The translations under genes and the position numbers were made by a program. Shown here piece after piece: positions 1-12,956 of a stretch of 64,000 bases of DNA. The stretch covers positions 25,606,001-25,670,000 of the forward strand of contig OX597819.1 in assembly GCA_951406725.2 (NCBI GenBank), read 5' to 3'. Origin of the DNA: Octopus vulgaris (Eukaryota). Every line of letters starts with the position of its first letter. Within the stretch, counting starts at the first letter, position 1. The notes under the pieces are model-generated. The model had not been told where the DNA came from. It worked only from the letters and a program-made list of their open reading frames with translations, and did not search any database.

Positions 1-208
1 GCTAGGGTACACCACACCACTCCTTTAATTCTACTACTGTCTGCCACTAGCCATTGTCCACCATGCACACACATACACACACACGCACACACTCGCACAC
101 ACATCCTTGTCATCTCGCACACCTTTTTTACCATTCCTTCTTTGATTCAGCTCTCCTGTTTTTAAAAACATGTTCCTCCTTTTTCACCACTTCCGTCTTT
201 TCAGTATG

Positions 209-409
209 TGACCTCGTGAAGAATACCTGCAATTTTTTTTCCCTCTGTCCTCCCGCCTCGGGATCTTTCTTTCTTCTATGTTTCCGACGAAGAGCTCCGC
301 TCGAAACGTCATACCCTCCTTCTTCCCTTCTTTCCTGAGCGTCCAATAATACTTTATTTGTTCCACATCCTCGCGTTGTTGTCTTTTTGTTTTCTTGTTT
401 GGATTAACT
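209..409 (+). mobile_element. PLE-type 3' terminal repeat (family H1), copy 1; ends at (TA)n and may extend left to the window start
   Basis: About 200 bp homologous to 17504-17710 (TGACCTCGTG...GGATTAACT). Contains a hammerhead core and ends directly in (TA)n. Confidence 0.65.
280..314 (+). ncRNA. Minimal type-I hammerhead ribozyme motif (H1, copy 1)
   Basis: GTTT-CCGACGA-A-GAGC(TCC)GCTC-GAAAC-GTC^ATAC: CYGANGA core, 4-bp stem II, GAAA, GUC triplet; stem I has one mismatch. Confidence 0.6.
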
Positions 410-432
410 TTATATATATATATACACGCGCA

Positions 433-1926
433 CACAGATTGTTAGGTGTGACGTACAGAATTGGGGGGAGGGGGTTAGAAGAGAACGTTGTTTTTATTTT
501 TGGGGTTGGGGTGAGGTCCCAAGACAATGGAGATGGACAGATAGAAATATAGGTAGGTAGATAAATTGATACATAGATAGATAGTCAGTCAGACAGATAG
601 ACCGATGGGTAGAAAATAAGAGAGAGAGAGAAGGAGTATCCAGCTTCTTATTCACCATTTATTCATATACTGTATTAACTGTCCAAACTGCAAAGTAAAT
701 TACATTGTCGAAATAAATAATTCCCTCTGCCAACGTGCAAGAGTCTACAGGCAACATATTCGACAAGAATTACGTAAGTAAGCATCTGGCAATATGCGGC
801 GAAGGAAAATTCAAAATTTTCTCTTTTTCAAATGTGCACGGCACGATCCACAATACCGAAAAGCAATGGAACGACATTTTATCAAAAAGTTGAATGTCTG
901 AAAGAAAAGCAGAGACAATACATTTTGTGTTATACTAATGTTCTCTAACGCAAAATCATGGAATTGAAAGAGGCATGATCGAAGTTACACTGTATAAACA
1001 TGTACATATTCCCAAGCACACACAAACACACACACACAGAAACATGCACACATACGCATGCGTGCGTGCACACACACACACACACTTCATCAAGGAATGC
1101 TCCCTAAAATTGAACGTTTGAAGGTAAAGTGGAGAATTTGAATTCTTTATTCCAAACGTGGCTCATCTCCACAAATGTTCAGGCATAGCTATGTGTAACA
1201 TTGGGATGTTCTAGCTTTACGTATTTGTATGTATGTATATATTGTTGTATTTCGGAATGCTCATTGTGTCAGTTTAGCCAATAATATATTGCACAACAAG
1301 TATATAAACGTAATATATATATACATATATATTCGTTTACTGTATTTTTTATTTTAATTTGCAAATATTATACGAATGTATTTTAATGCAGAACTACACT
1401 TTATCAAAAATTCCCTCCAAAAATGAATGTTTGGAAGGGATATATTCTAATTATAACCCAAAGAGGAGAAAAAGAAAGGAAGAAAAAGGAAGGAAAAGGG
1501 GAAGAAGAAAAGGAGAAAGGAAAAAAAGAGAGTTAGAAAGAAAACAAAAAGACTTTATGTGATGACCAAAGCACACCTGTTTTTTGTTTTAATTTTTAAT
1601 TTATTTATTTTGTTATTTTTTTGAAGCGGTCACCATCCTTAAACGCATTCCAATACAATGGTAGAAGGAAAGAATAGTTAAATAAAGAAATGGTGAATAG
1701 GAAGATGGATACTCCTCTCTTACCCTCTACCCATCTGTCTATCTGTCTGACAATATAGGTATGTATGTATGTATGTATCTATCTATCTATCTACCTATCA
1801 GCCTATCTACCTACCTATATATATCTATCCATCTCCATTGTCTTGGAACTTCACACAAAAAAAGCAATATTCTTGTCTAAACAAATCCCCCCAAAACATC
1901 TGTTTTATACAAATGAACAAGCTGTT
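433..1926. repeat. Long degenerate inverted repeat; arms ~433-661 and ~1688-1926, spacer ~1 kb
   Basis: CCAAGACAATGGAGATGG (left arm) vs CCATCTCCATTGTCTTGG (right arm); GGAGTATCCAGCTTCTTATTCACCATTT vs AAATGGTGAATAGGAAGATGGATACTCC. Confidence 0.8.
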
Positions 1927-2765
1927 TGTACATTCACAAAATTGTATTTGACAAGTTCTAGAGAGGAACTAAAGCGCTAATAATAAAGAAGAAATAGAAG
2001 TTTTTTTTTTTCCAAAATTCTTACGAATTTTTCTCTTAATATATATATAAAAGTATCTAACTATCTATCTGCCAATTGAGAGAGAGAGGGGGGGGGAGTG
2101 CGTATGTATGTTTTGTTATAGGCATGATCAACAAAAAGTATTCTCTCCAGCGAGGGATAAATATTTAATATGTACAAACTGATAAAAGAGATTTTAGTAG
2201 TCTCAAGAAATTGAGAGAAAATAATATAGCAGATTTCTATAACATGACATGTATCTCTAAGAAATTTTTCACGATCAATGCGTACCGTTAGGCATATTAA
2301 AAAAAATCAGGACGCTTGTCTAGAAGAAAACATGAGAATAACATGAAGAAATGTATGAAGGTGGTGCATACATTGTAATAAGAAGGAAGAAAAGAGAATT
2401 CAGAAAAGCAAGAATTCATTGTAGAAATCACAACGAATCTAGATGGTGTAGTATGATAGGACGGAGTGAAGGCCGTCTGTGAAATATCTACTCCATTCGG
2501 AGAGGGTGGTGTCCTTCACTTCGAGAAAAGAAACTTGTCCAGGTGCTTGCATTTGCTAAAATTTTTGGATAAATTTGTATCCGCCTATTCACGTTTACTT
2601 TCCCAATCTTTTCTGATAATTTCTCATAGACCAACGTCCTGGTTTTCTTAGTACGCCTAAAGGAATGTAGGCATGCTTGATATGTCATGTTATGTAAATC
2701 TTCCAAATTATTTTACCTCTATAGTATAGAACCATTAGTATCACCTTTTAAAATTGTGTGTGTGT

Positions 2766-2816
<51 letters not shown>

Positions 2817-2861
2817 AATATATATGTGTGTGTGTGTGATTGTGTGTGTATATATGTATAT

Positions 2862-2912
<51 letters not shown>

Positions 2913-3026
2913 TATATATATAAAAACTTAGATAAAACTTAGATATGTTTCGACCAGAGATTGGTCCAGGCCATGTCTAACTTAATAGCACCACCTGATA
3001 GGATTATTCGAATCCTGTTTAAGTCA

Positions 3027-3112
3027 AGTTTTGTTCAAGTAGTGAGTTCTTGTTGGGTGAGATGTATCCAGTTTTGTTCAAGTAGTGAGTTCTTGTTGGG
3101 TGAGTTGTATCC
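3027..3112. repeat. 43-bp tandem duplication at the end of the LINE ORF
   Basis: AGTTTTGTTCAAGTAGTGAGTTCTTGTTGGGTGAG(A/T)TGTATCC x2, one mismatch. Confidence 0.95.
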
Positions 3113-4009
3113 AATTATGGGTGGCTTATCTGGTATTCTTTGAAGGAATCTATCCAGACTCTGTTTGAAGTTGATGGGATCCTTTTCCTCTTTGATCTCC
3201 CTCGGGACAATGTTAAATAGGGCAGGGCCTGTTGAGGAAAAGAAATTATGTTGCAGTGTACGTGTATGTTGTGATCTTGAATTTGGCAGGGGACGTATAG
3301 CCCGTGGTCCAAGTCTTGGATGAACCTTGAAGCTAATGTTTAGGTCGTTTGGGCGAAGTTGGCGATATATTTTCCACATCGTACACATGATGTACCGCTC
3401 ACGGCGACGCTGGAGGGAGTAAAGTTTCAAGGCTTTAAGGCGATCCCAATAATCGAGAGCAGCCATGCCTTCAATTTGTTTAGTGAGAGCCCTCTGGGGT
3501 GACTCAATTCTGGAGATGTTTTGTCTTGTGTGAGGAGACCACAGTGGGCAGCAGTATTCAAGGTGTGGCCGTACAAAGGAGGAAAAAAGTGGTATGATGA
3601 CACCTTGTTCTCTGGACCGGAAAGTTCTTAAGATCCAGGAACTCATCCTACGAGCTATATCGACCTTCTTGTTGATGTGTGCACTCCAACTGAGATCGTC
3701 ATCAACAATTACACCCAGGTCTCTGATATTGTTAGAGGCTGTGAGCGGTTCCCCTGAAGGAAGAGAGTATGGTTGTTTTAGTGAGGAATTTCTTCCAAAA
3801 TGCATCAGCTCAAATTTTCCCTCATTCAGTTGCATTTTGTTTCTGTCTGCCCATTGACTCACAGCATATAGATCAGACTGGAGTTGAGTTCGGTCTGCTT
3901 CTTCATTGACGATTTGCTGGAGCTTAGTGTCATCAGCGAATATTTTCACTTTGCAGTGATGTACGACACTGGAAAGGTCGTTTACGTAAATTATGAAGAG
4001 TAGCGGACC

Positions 4010-4012
<3 letters not shown>
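3035..4012 (-). CDS. Partial LINE ORF2 (reverse transcriptase C-terminal half, CR1-like), 325 aa uninterrupted
   Basis: Motifs GPLLFIIYVNDL, FADDTKL, RDLGVIVD, RPHLEYCCPLWSP and LYSLQRRRERY are typical of CR1/L2-group ORF2. Confidence 0.9.
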
Positions 4013-4064
<52 letters not shown>

Positions 4065-4210
4065 GTGAAATAGAAAGATGAATAATCTTGTAGTAGATTA
4101 ATCAAAAGTTTAACCGATACCTTAGTAGCAAAAATCACAGCAGTAAACAGCACGGTTGGAGGTACAACCATATGGTGTTGCAACCGTGCGTTGGTGCGGA
4201 TAATTGAAAT

Positions 4211-4285
4211 TAAAACATTATTGGTGAATTGATTCTGTTCAATCTGCGTTCAGCTCCATTTCTTCAATTCACCAATAATGTTTTA
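4211..4285. repeat. Perfect 22-bp inverted repeat with 31-bp spacer (probable PLE terminus with inverted copy)
   Basis: TAAAACATTATTGGTGAATTGA (4211-4232) / TCAATTCACCAATAATGTTTTA (4264-4285). Confidence 0.9.
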
Positions 4286-4354
4286 TATATATATATCTTT
4301 CTTTCTAAACTTTTGAATGCATGTATCTATCTATACACACACATACACACACAA

Positions 4355-4422
<68 letters not shown>

Positions 4423-4633
4423 GATATATATATATATATATATATATAAATATATATGTGTTTATATTTGTATGTATGCATGTATAGATTGTTTAAAGTG
4501 TTACACAGTTTGTATATACTAAGAAAAAGGTGGCTGTCAGAATTTTCGGTTATTATTTACTTTGCAATTTCTTCTCGTTTCAGAGATTCGAAACGACATG
4601 AAAGCGCTCAATAAATAACTATCCAAAAATTCC

Positions 4634-4734
<101 letters not shown>

Positions 4735-4735
4735 A

Positions 4736-5055
4736 TGAAAGAATGGAGTCGAACGACGATTTAACAAAATTCCTTTATTCCTCGACATATGTTTCGAAGA
4801 CTGCATATTCTTAATTCCGAAGGAATAAAGGGTGCATTATGCCGTCTTCTCATCAGGAAAGACAAGGAACTTATGTCAGCATCATGACGAACAAAAACTT
4901 TTAGATGACTGCCCACACGGAGTCCATAGTGATGATTTCCACACGAAAGCACGTGATTTCTGCCCTTGGCATGTAGCTTCAACCGTGTTTTCTGACGTAA
5001 CTTTGCTACCCGGTTATCGGTTAACCGAATTATCCACACTAGGATAATTCAGTCA
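4736..5055 (-). mobile_element. PLE-type 3' terminal repeat (family H2) ending in (TCTA)n/(TA)n
   Basis: Canonical HHR followed by AATAAA and then microsatellite; hairpin GAATTATCC/GGATAATTC at 5027-5050. Confidence 0.55.
4780..4860 (-). ncRNA. Type-I hammerhead ribozyme with extended stem II (H2)
   Basis: Minus strand TTTC-CTGATGA-GAAGAC...GTCTTC-GAAAC-ATAT-GTC^GAGG: perfect CUGAUGA, GAAA and GUC; palindromic stem III ACATATGT. Confidence 0.8.
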
Positions 5056-5059
5056 ACTA

Positions 5060-5560
5060 CTTAAACTTGTTCTCTCTCCATCAATGAAGAAAGAGACTTG
5101 CTACCGCTCCTTTCTTAGGTAAAATTATAGTAAGTGATGAAAAACAGCTTCTCTTTTATCATATTCAACGAAGACCACAACGGTTAGCTTCCAATGAAAT
5201 AAAGAGAATCCATCCCCAAATCAGAACTACCCTTGAAAAAGTTATTGCTTTGTGTTTGGTGGTATATGACTGGTGTTGTCTATCATGAGTTTTAAACCAA
5301 AAACGAAGCGCTTAATGTTCATTCGTAAAGACGTATTGACTTTACATGCAAATACAAAACCACACATGGCCTAAATCAGTCAGGAAAAAATTATGGTCCT
5401 AAATATGAAGGATACTTCATCTTACTGGCTGTCCTATCCTTGCTCCACTCGACTCATTTTTTCAGATCATCGCAAACACTATTTTGAAGTTAGTTCATTA
5501 TGAAAAAGTTGAGTGTTTCTTTGTTTCAAATGCTACAGAATTTTATGGTTGAGCGATCAG
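5060..5560 (+). pseudogene. Decayed mariner transposase fragment
   Basis: Frame-broken remnants KIIVSDEK, LLCVWW..GVVYHEF and a LAP.D..FFRS-like motif. Confidence 0.6.

Positions 5561-5623
<63 letters not shown>
5561..5623 (+). repeat. (ATT)n microsatellite
   Basis: Direct reading. Confidence 0.95.
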
Positions 5624-5803
5624 GTTTGTCTGACGCTCGTAAGGTCGTGAGTTCGATACCCGGCTGAATGTTGTGTCCTTGAGCATGACACAATTTCAAG
5701 TTGCTTCAGTCCCCTCAGCAGACAGAAACGTAACTAGACCAACACACTTATCAAGCGGCTAGAAGGGCTGAGAGGAAACACCAAAACGCACATACACATT
5801 GAA

Positions 5804-5864
<61 letters not shown>

Positions 5865-6823
5865 GGACTTCCACACAGTTTCCGTCTACGAAATAAGCTT
5901 TACGATGCATTGTGAAGATACTTGTACATAGTAGAACACACTTGCTCAAGATACCACGCAGTTGGACTGAACTCGAAACTAAGTAGGTGCAAAGCTAGGC
6001 CCTTAATCACACAGCCACACATTTTGCAAACATCCATGTCTGTTTCCATTTCGTTCTGTTTTTGCAGACTGAAGTATTGTAGTGGCTTTTTGCTATTGTC
6101 TTATCATGGTTTAAAGATTAGTATTTATTTATTTTTTTGTCTTTCTTTTACGATTTATGCTTTCAGTTCTACCTTCTCATAAATGTCAGTCATTTCAGCA
6201 TGTTTCGTATTTGTTGGCTTCCTTCAGGACTTGAAGATTGAAAACAACATTTTCTACGTTGCTCATGTTTTGTAGTCATCTGTGATAGTTCTTTTTTATC
6301 GCAAAGAAGATACGTTATAATGGTTTACTAGTTGCGTAAATGCCTATAACATTGTCTTCATGGAAAATATAGCCGTTACTTTTCAGAAGTTTGGCTGTAT
6401 ATTCTCAGTATAGTTATTACTTTAATATTTTCTATCTAGTTTAGCTGGACAGCTGAATATATTATAAATATAACTTATTACTAGATCGGTTACAATGTCC
6501 ATGTTTGTCGCCTTTTCATTTCTATTTAGCTGCGCTATAAGTTATAATATTAGCGTCTTGCACACTATCTCGCTGATTCTTTAGTTTTAGAATATCTGTG
6601 TTTGGTGTAATATTTTAATGTATGTCTCTTTAGTCAGCATGAGAGGTAATGCGCTACATTTTATTCCCTGTAAGGTGTCGTTGGTGCATTTTTCTTATTG
6701 AAAATCTTACATAGATATTTCAAATCAAATCAATGAACACATTCTCTGTAGCAATGTTTCTTAGTCGTTTACATCTTGCAACAATCATCCGTGAGGTCGT
6801 TTATATATATAAATATACATACG

Positions 6824-7302
6824 GGCGTAGGAGTGGTTGTGTGGTAAGTAGCTTGCTTACGAACCACATGGTTCTGGGTGAAGTTCCACTGCGTGGCACC
6901 TTGGGTAGGTGTCTTCTATTATAGCTTCGGGCCGACCAAAGGCTTGTGAGTGGATTTGGTTGACGGAAACTGAAAGAAGCCCGTCGTATATATGTATATA
7001 TTATGTATGTGTGTGTGTATGTATGTATGTATGTATGTATGTATGTATGTATGTATGTATGTATGTATGTGTGTGTATATGTTTGTGTGCCTGTGTTTGT
7101 CCCCCCCCCGACATCGCTTGACAACCGATGCTAGTGTATTTACGTCCCCGTAACTTAGCGGTTCGGCAAAAGAGACCAATAGAATAAGTACTAGGCTTAC
7201 AAAGAATAAGTCCTGGGGTCGATTTGCTCGACTAAAGGCGGTGCTCCAGCATGGCCACAGTCAAATGACCGAAACAAGTAAAAGAGTACAAGAGTAAAAG
7301 AG
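6824..7302 (+). mobile_element. tRNA-derived SINE family A (CORE-like segment, internal microsatellite, (GAGTAAAA)n tail)
   Basis: Head GGCGTAGGAGTGGTTGTGTGGTAAG, CCTTGGG(C/T)A(A/G)GTGTCTT segment; near-identical copies at 9490, 15772 and 53709. Confidence 0.85.
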
Positions 7303-7485
7303 ATACAAAAGATTGCTGGAGTGCCCCAAGATAATAATTGTAATGGAGTCCAGTGTTACTGGGAATGTCACCTAAAGGAACCATCCTCCTATTCCTCATA
7401 CCCTTCCTCCACTCACCTGCTCCTCCTACCACCACCACCACCACCGCCGAGGCTGCCAGCAATCACCACTATCGCAGCCGCCATT

Positions 7486-7486
7486 G

Positions 7487-7541
<55 letters not shown>
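7486..7541 (+). repeat. (CTA)n microsatellite
   Basis: Direct reading. Confidence 0.95.
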
Positions 7542-7542
<1 letters not shown>

Positions 7543-7849
7543 GTTGTGTTTTGACCGCAATGGACGTACAGATAAATTTGTTCGTAGGTTTAGAACGATA
7601 TTAAGCTACTTTATAAACTCGTTTTGTGCTATTTGCATTGGTCTATTAAATGCTTTATATTTCGATATTAATTTTTTGAGACATTGACTCGAAAATATTT
7701 GCTGCTATGTCACCGGCATTGCTTTAGAAACACTTGGTTTTGGTTTCTGTCTCATTGTGCAATACCTTAGGAAAGTGCCTTCTACATAACCATGGTCGGA
7801 TCTATGCCTTGCGAATGAATACACGCATACATACAGACAGATACATACA

Positions 7850-8243
7850 TCTTTATATATAAAAGAGAAGTTGCGTGTCTGTCTCCTACGATTTAGATTC
7901 CTAACTACTCCCACATTTTGCGGTGGTTTAACCAAAACTGGGTATCTTATAGTCGTGATTCATATTGAGCCCTTCTGGGTATTAGCGCGCGTCTACGATG
8001 AATCTACGATTAAAAGAAAAAATTACCATCATTTTTTCCATTTTAATGCATTTTCGCTATTATATAAGGGAAGTAACTCTCTAAAAATGTCTACGATGAG
8101 TCAACGATTTAAAAAAATATTTACCATCATTTTTTTTTCCATTTTTAATGCATTTTTTTGCTATTTTTTGGCTATAACTCTCTAAAAATGCTTATATAGT
8201 TATTTCCCTTACAAACCCGAGCAACGCCGGGCGATACTGCTAG
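7850..8243 (+). mobile_element. Non-autonomous Helitron (5' type alpha, 3' type X)
   Basis: A|TCTTTATATATAAA start, subterminal hairpin CCCGAGCAACGCCGGG, CTAG|T end, no TSD; internal ~98-bp tandem duplication. Confidence 0.8.
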
Positions 8244-8259
8244 TATATGTATAAAAAAA

Positions 8260-8586
8260 GAATAAAGACCAACTTCGGTTTCGAATGATCAAATGACTGC
8301 ATCTAGAAAGTTACCCACCAGTCCGAGCAAGGTTGTTTATGGAAGACCAGCAATCGGCCTTGCATACCAGCTTCCCTTCTCCACGCCACCGATGTTATTC
8401 AAGGAAAGGCAAATACCGATACAGCTTGGCACCAATGACGTCGCAATACATTTTAACAGCTGAGTGAACTGCAACAACCTAAAATAAAATATCTTACTCG
8501 ATAACACAATACACAGCCCGGTCCATGAATCGAACTCACTACCTCATGATTGTAAACCTGACGCTCTAACCACTGAGCCATGCGCT
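8260..8586 (-). mobile_element. tRNA-derived SINE, head type 2 with tail type C
   Basis: A box TGGCTCAGTGG, B box GAGTTCGATTC; CAGTTCACTCAGCTG body shared with 25854 and 63811, followed by a distinct tail. Confidence 0.65.
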
Positions 8587-9489
8587 TTCAAATATATGCG
8601 TGTGTGTGTGTATTTGCTTGTGTAGTGTCTATATGTGCGTCTTCGTGTTTGATGTTATCTCTCACCGATTGACAGCTGCTGTGAGATTGTTTAAATCTTC
8701 TTGACTTATGCAACTTAGTAGTCAGAGAAGAAGAGAAAAGGTTCGATAGAATAATAACTGGGCTTAAAATAATAACTACTGAATCTTTCAAGGCTGTACT
8801 GAGGAAGGCTGCAGTTCGGTTAGTGAAAGTAGTGATAGAATACAAGAAAACAATAACTTCCATGGGGTAAAGGTAAAAGCAAATTTTTTAAAATGTGACA
8901 ACATCATTTAAGTCGCCCCCGTCCGAAAAGAAATTCTTCAGAAAAATAAACGTATATGGGTGACACAGACGTAATTGCGAAAAAGAGAAAAAAAAAATGA
9001 AAATCCTGACGTTCGTATTTCGGGATATACAAGCCAGAAATTTAATAACGGCTTCGCAAGCTTGCTCACCTAAAATGGAATCGATGAAGATTCGCCGGCT
9101 CCCTGGAAAAATATCATGATACTGATATGTTACATGTCTCAACGTTTCCTTGCTGGAAACTAGAATATGAGAAGTTAGACAGCAGATTAGAGAGGAGATT
9201 CCTATAGAGCGATGTAGTTTATATCAACCAAAGCAGAATATATTGTTAGGTGTTGCTAAACTCCAAGACCGAGGCAAAGTGATGCTAAAAGTTGCATTAG
9301 CTCCTTACACATCCACTAACAGGCTGGTGCAGCAGTTTAAGGGGTGGCCAAAACAGAAAAGTCGCAAGCAGAGAAAATCATAGCGGTGCAGATACTTCGA
9401 TCACCTTCACGCTTATGATACACAACAGGCAACTGGTGAATACTGACGTAGCAAGAAACAATGTGCTCCGACACAACCACGATGGGTGT

Positions 9490-9702
9490 TTACTCTTTTT
9501 ACTCTTTTACTTGTTTCAGTCATTTGACTGCGGCCATGCTGGAGCACCGCCTTTAGTCGAGCAGATCGACCCCGGGACTTATTCTTTGTAAGCCCAGTAC
9601 TTATTCTATCGGTCTCTTTTGCCGAACCGCTAAGTGACGGGGACGTAAACACACCAGCATCGGTTGTCAAGCAATGCTAGGGGGACAAACACAGACACAC
9701 AA

Positions 9703-9739
<37 letters not shown>

Positions 9740-9924
9740 AATTAATATATATATATACATATATACGACAGGCTTCTTTCAGTTTCCGTCTACCAAATCC
9801 ACTCACAAGGCATTGGTCGGCCTGGGGCTATAGCAGAAGACACTTGCCCAAGATGCCACGCAGTGGGACTGAACCTGGAACCATGTGGTTGGTTAGCAAG
9901 CTACTTACCACACAGCCACTCCTG
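9490..9924 (-). mobile_element. SINE family A copy
   Basis: Reverse-complement match to 6824-7302 and 15772-16188. Confidence 0.85.
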
Positions 9925-11232
9925 TGTTTGTGGGTTGTCTGTCCTATTTTGATATTTAATATAAATATATTTTTAGTGCGTTTATATGTGTGTGTGTATG
10001 TGTGTGTGCGTGTGTATAGACAGATAGATAGATGGATAAATAGATAGATCTACATACATACACGCATTCATTGAATTAACACCGTGATTAAAGATATTCA
10101 TAAGACTAATAATGGCTAAATGTCTGAATATATTGACCGGATCATTTGCCTCATCTTCCATTTTCTCTTATGGTAGTCTTTGTACATTCCAAAAGTTGTT
10201 TGTTAAACCTTTTGTAGTGCCCGGTCGTATCTATATCATCGTTATCACCACAACCACAACCATCACCACCACCATCCTACCCCTCCTCCTCATCTTCATC
10301 ATCAATTTTCATCGAGAGACAAGACTTAAAATGATTACCTTAGGGAAAGTTATTATTCGCTATGGGAAAACCCATTTTATAATTTCATTAAACAATTATA
10401 TCTATATATATATTATCTATTTTATATGTGTTTGTGTGTGGTATGTGTGTGTATATGTGTGTATGTGTGTGTGTGTGTGTGTGTGAGTGTGAGATCATAT
10501 GTATGTATGTATACTCAAATTAATACTCATCGAATGCACCATACAAAACTAAGGGAATGGACACTTGGATGGAACAATAGTTGTCAGGAATGATTGACAT
10601 TCATTTATACTTTCCTCTTGCAGTGTTAAGGGTTTCAATCTATTATTCTCAGAAAACTAACCGAGTGAAAAAAAAAGTGTATTTTAATATGTACTGAAGT
10701 CTTTATTGTCTTGCCTCCTACTTCAACCGCGATTAGGCGTTCTGGGGGAGAGAAAGAAAGATGAAAAGAGAAGAGGAAGAAACAAGCACAATTTGTATCT
10801 GTTCCTTTATTCAAAATGCGTTCCTTCGTGGTAAATCTAATTTTACTGATGATTCTTTTTGAAGAAGAAACAAACGATGATTCTCAAGTGTAATATGGGT
10901 ATTATCTTACCTCACGTTTGCAGAGGAGAACTAAAGTATAACAAACACAATATATATGTGAACAAAAACATGCATAAAAAGACATACACATTCACATATG
11001 GAAATATGCTAATTCGATTCCTGTGGGATTCTACGTTATGTAGAAAAATATATACTTCTAAAAAATGTAATGAATCTATTTAAAAAAAAAAAACGTTATT
11101 TCCGATAATTTTATCCCCGCTGTGTTTCATGCCTTGAAGAACATTGAAGAATATTGAAAGTGAGGAGTGGTATGAATAAATATTCTCTAGTTTTATATGT
11201 AAGAGATCATTTTCTTCATATCTCTACCTCTA

Positions 11233-11269
<37 letters not shown>

Positions 11270-11296
11270 TACACACATTTAATATTATATCATATA

Positions 11297-12606
11297 CTAG
11301 CAGAGATACCCGGCGTTGCCCGTGTTACATACAATTGAAGAATTAGACTTTTCTGTTATATTTTCTCTAATGAACTGGACTATCTATGTTTCGAATTTCA
11401 TCAAAATCACAGATGAGGGTTATATCCCTCTTTATACACCCAAACAAAATTGTAATCGTGCCACATATATCCCATACTACTGATTTTTATGCGCATCTTC
11501 CAAAATTCCAGTCTTATTGAACCTGTTAAAAAGATTTTGCTCCTGAAAAACGAAGGTCATGGAGCTCTAAAATGTGAGAGTTAAGGCCCCTGTTGGGAGT
11601 GGGCATCTTAATGTCAACCAGAGAAGTTGAATTGTTGGGAATCTTTTAAAATTGGATCTTATATCTATTGTTTGAATTTCTTTGAAATAGGAGATATATG
11701 TTCACTAGGTTTGTAAAAAGAGAGCAAATCTACAGGAAACCAAAAGACGAATAATCACAATAAAGTAGTCAGCTACGCTACCCTAGTCGTTACCACTCCC
11801 AATGTAGGATTCCTCAACCATCCAGGTGACAGGCACAGCCGAAAGATGCATTACGTAACTATAGCAATTGGAAAGGCGTGACCCAACTGAAATAAACATT
11901 AACAACTGTGTGACGTGAGGGCTAAGGAGAAATGAAAGATGGAGTTTGCAAATGACCACTATACTGATATGTAACTGGTCAGAATAAATTTACAATCTAT
12001 AAATGTTTTTGAATAACCAGTCACTCATCTGGGAAAGCCTTGAAATCAATGTTACCATCTGGGGACTATGTGTGACCGAGTGATAATAAAAAGACTTAAA
12101 TGAGCTCTGCAGTCAAATAACTTTACTCAACACTTTGCAACTGAATCTGTGGAGGCAAATATGCCTCTCATTTACATGACAATCTATGCACCACATTTCA
12201 GAAATTACAATGTAAGTGTATGTCAAAGCAAACTGTTACATTGTTGTACCATTGAATTAGAAGTACTGCTCAACTTTTATGCTCGGGTAACCCTACAGCT
12301 TCCAAGAGCACAACTGTAATCGTTGTTGCTTTATAAAATGACAAAATTGTGGGTGTTAAGTCCCCATGGAGGGGTCTTTCTAACTTGTAAGAAGATGAAA
12401 TTTTATAAATAGTACTTCATTTGTGCCTAATATCTATGGGTAAAATGTCCTCAACAGTAAAAATATATGAACTGTCATGGGGGTTGTGACCCTTATGCAT
12501 AGAATATAATTTCCAAATTTCATAAAGATACGTTCAGTGCTTTTGACCTAGTTTTGGATCATAATAGAAATGACTAAAATTTGGGAGTTAAGGCTCCCAT
12601 TAGGGT

Positions 12607-12655
<49 letters not shown>
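11297..12655 (-). mobile_element. Non-autonomous Helitron, ~1.35 kb
   Basis: Plus-strand A|CTAG...CCCGGCGTTGCCCG is the reverse of hairpin+CTAG; internal repeated GTTAAGGC(C/T)CC and AATTTCAT motifs. The 5' end is placed tentatively in the (TA)n at ~12655. Confidence 0.55.
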
Positions 12656-12667
<12 letters not shown>

Positions 12668-12671
12668 TAGG

Positions 12672-12709
<38 letters not shown>

Positions 12710-12956
12710 TACACACAGATACACATATAAAGATAAATTCATAGATACAACTGAGTGGGCAAACAAAAATATAAGACACAGCCTAGTGCTTTTTTTATGT
12801 TGATAAGCCTGGTACTTATTCTATTAGTTTGTTCTTGTGAAACCAGTAAGTTAAGTTGATGTAAATAAATGAACAGCAGTTGTGAAGCAGTGATGAGGGC
12901 GAAACACAGAGACAAAGACACACACATACACTTACATATATACATACATATATATG

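Larger units (their letters stand above)
2922..4012 (-). mobile_element. 5'-truncated CR1-group non-LTR retrotransposon flanked by (TA)n on both sides
   Basis: RT C-terminal ORF, short 3' UTR with GACC-loop-GGTC stem-loop, (ATCTAAGTTTT)2-like tail. Confidence 0.85.

Noticed and set aside
2940-2975. Hammerhead at the CR1 3' end (minus strand GACC-loop-GGTC-GAAAC)
   Set aside because: No CUGANGA core; better explained as the LINE 3' stem-loop.
6200-6750. Possible very old LINE remnant on the minus strand
   Set aside because: Only a vague motif resemblance; cannot be supported without a search.
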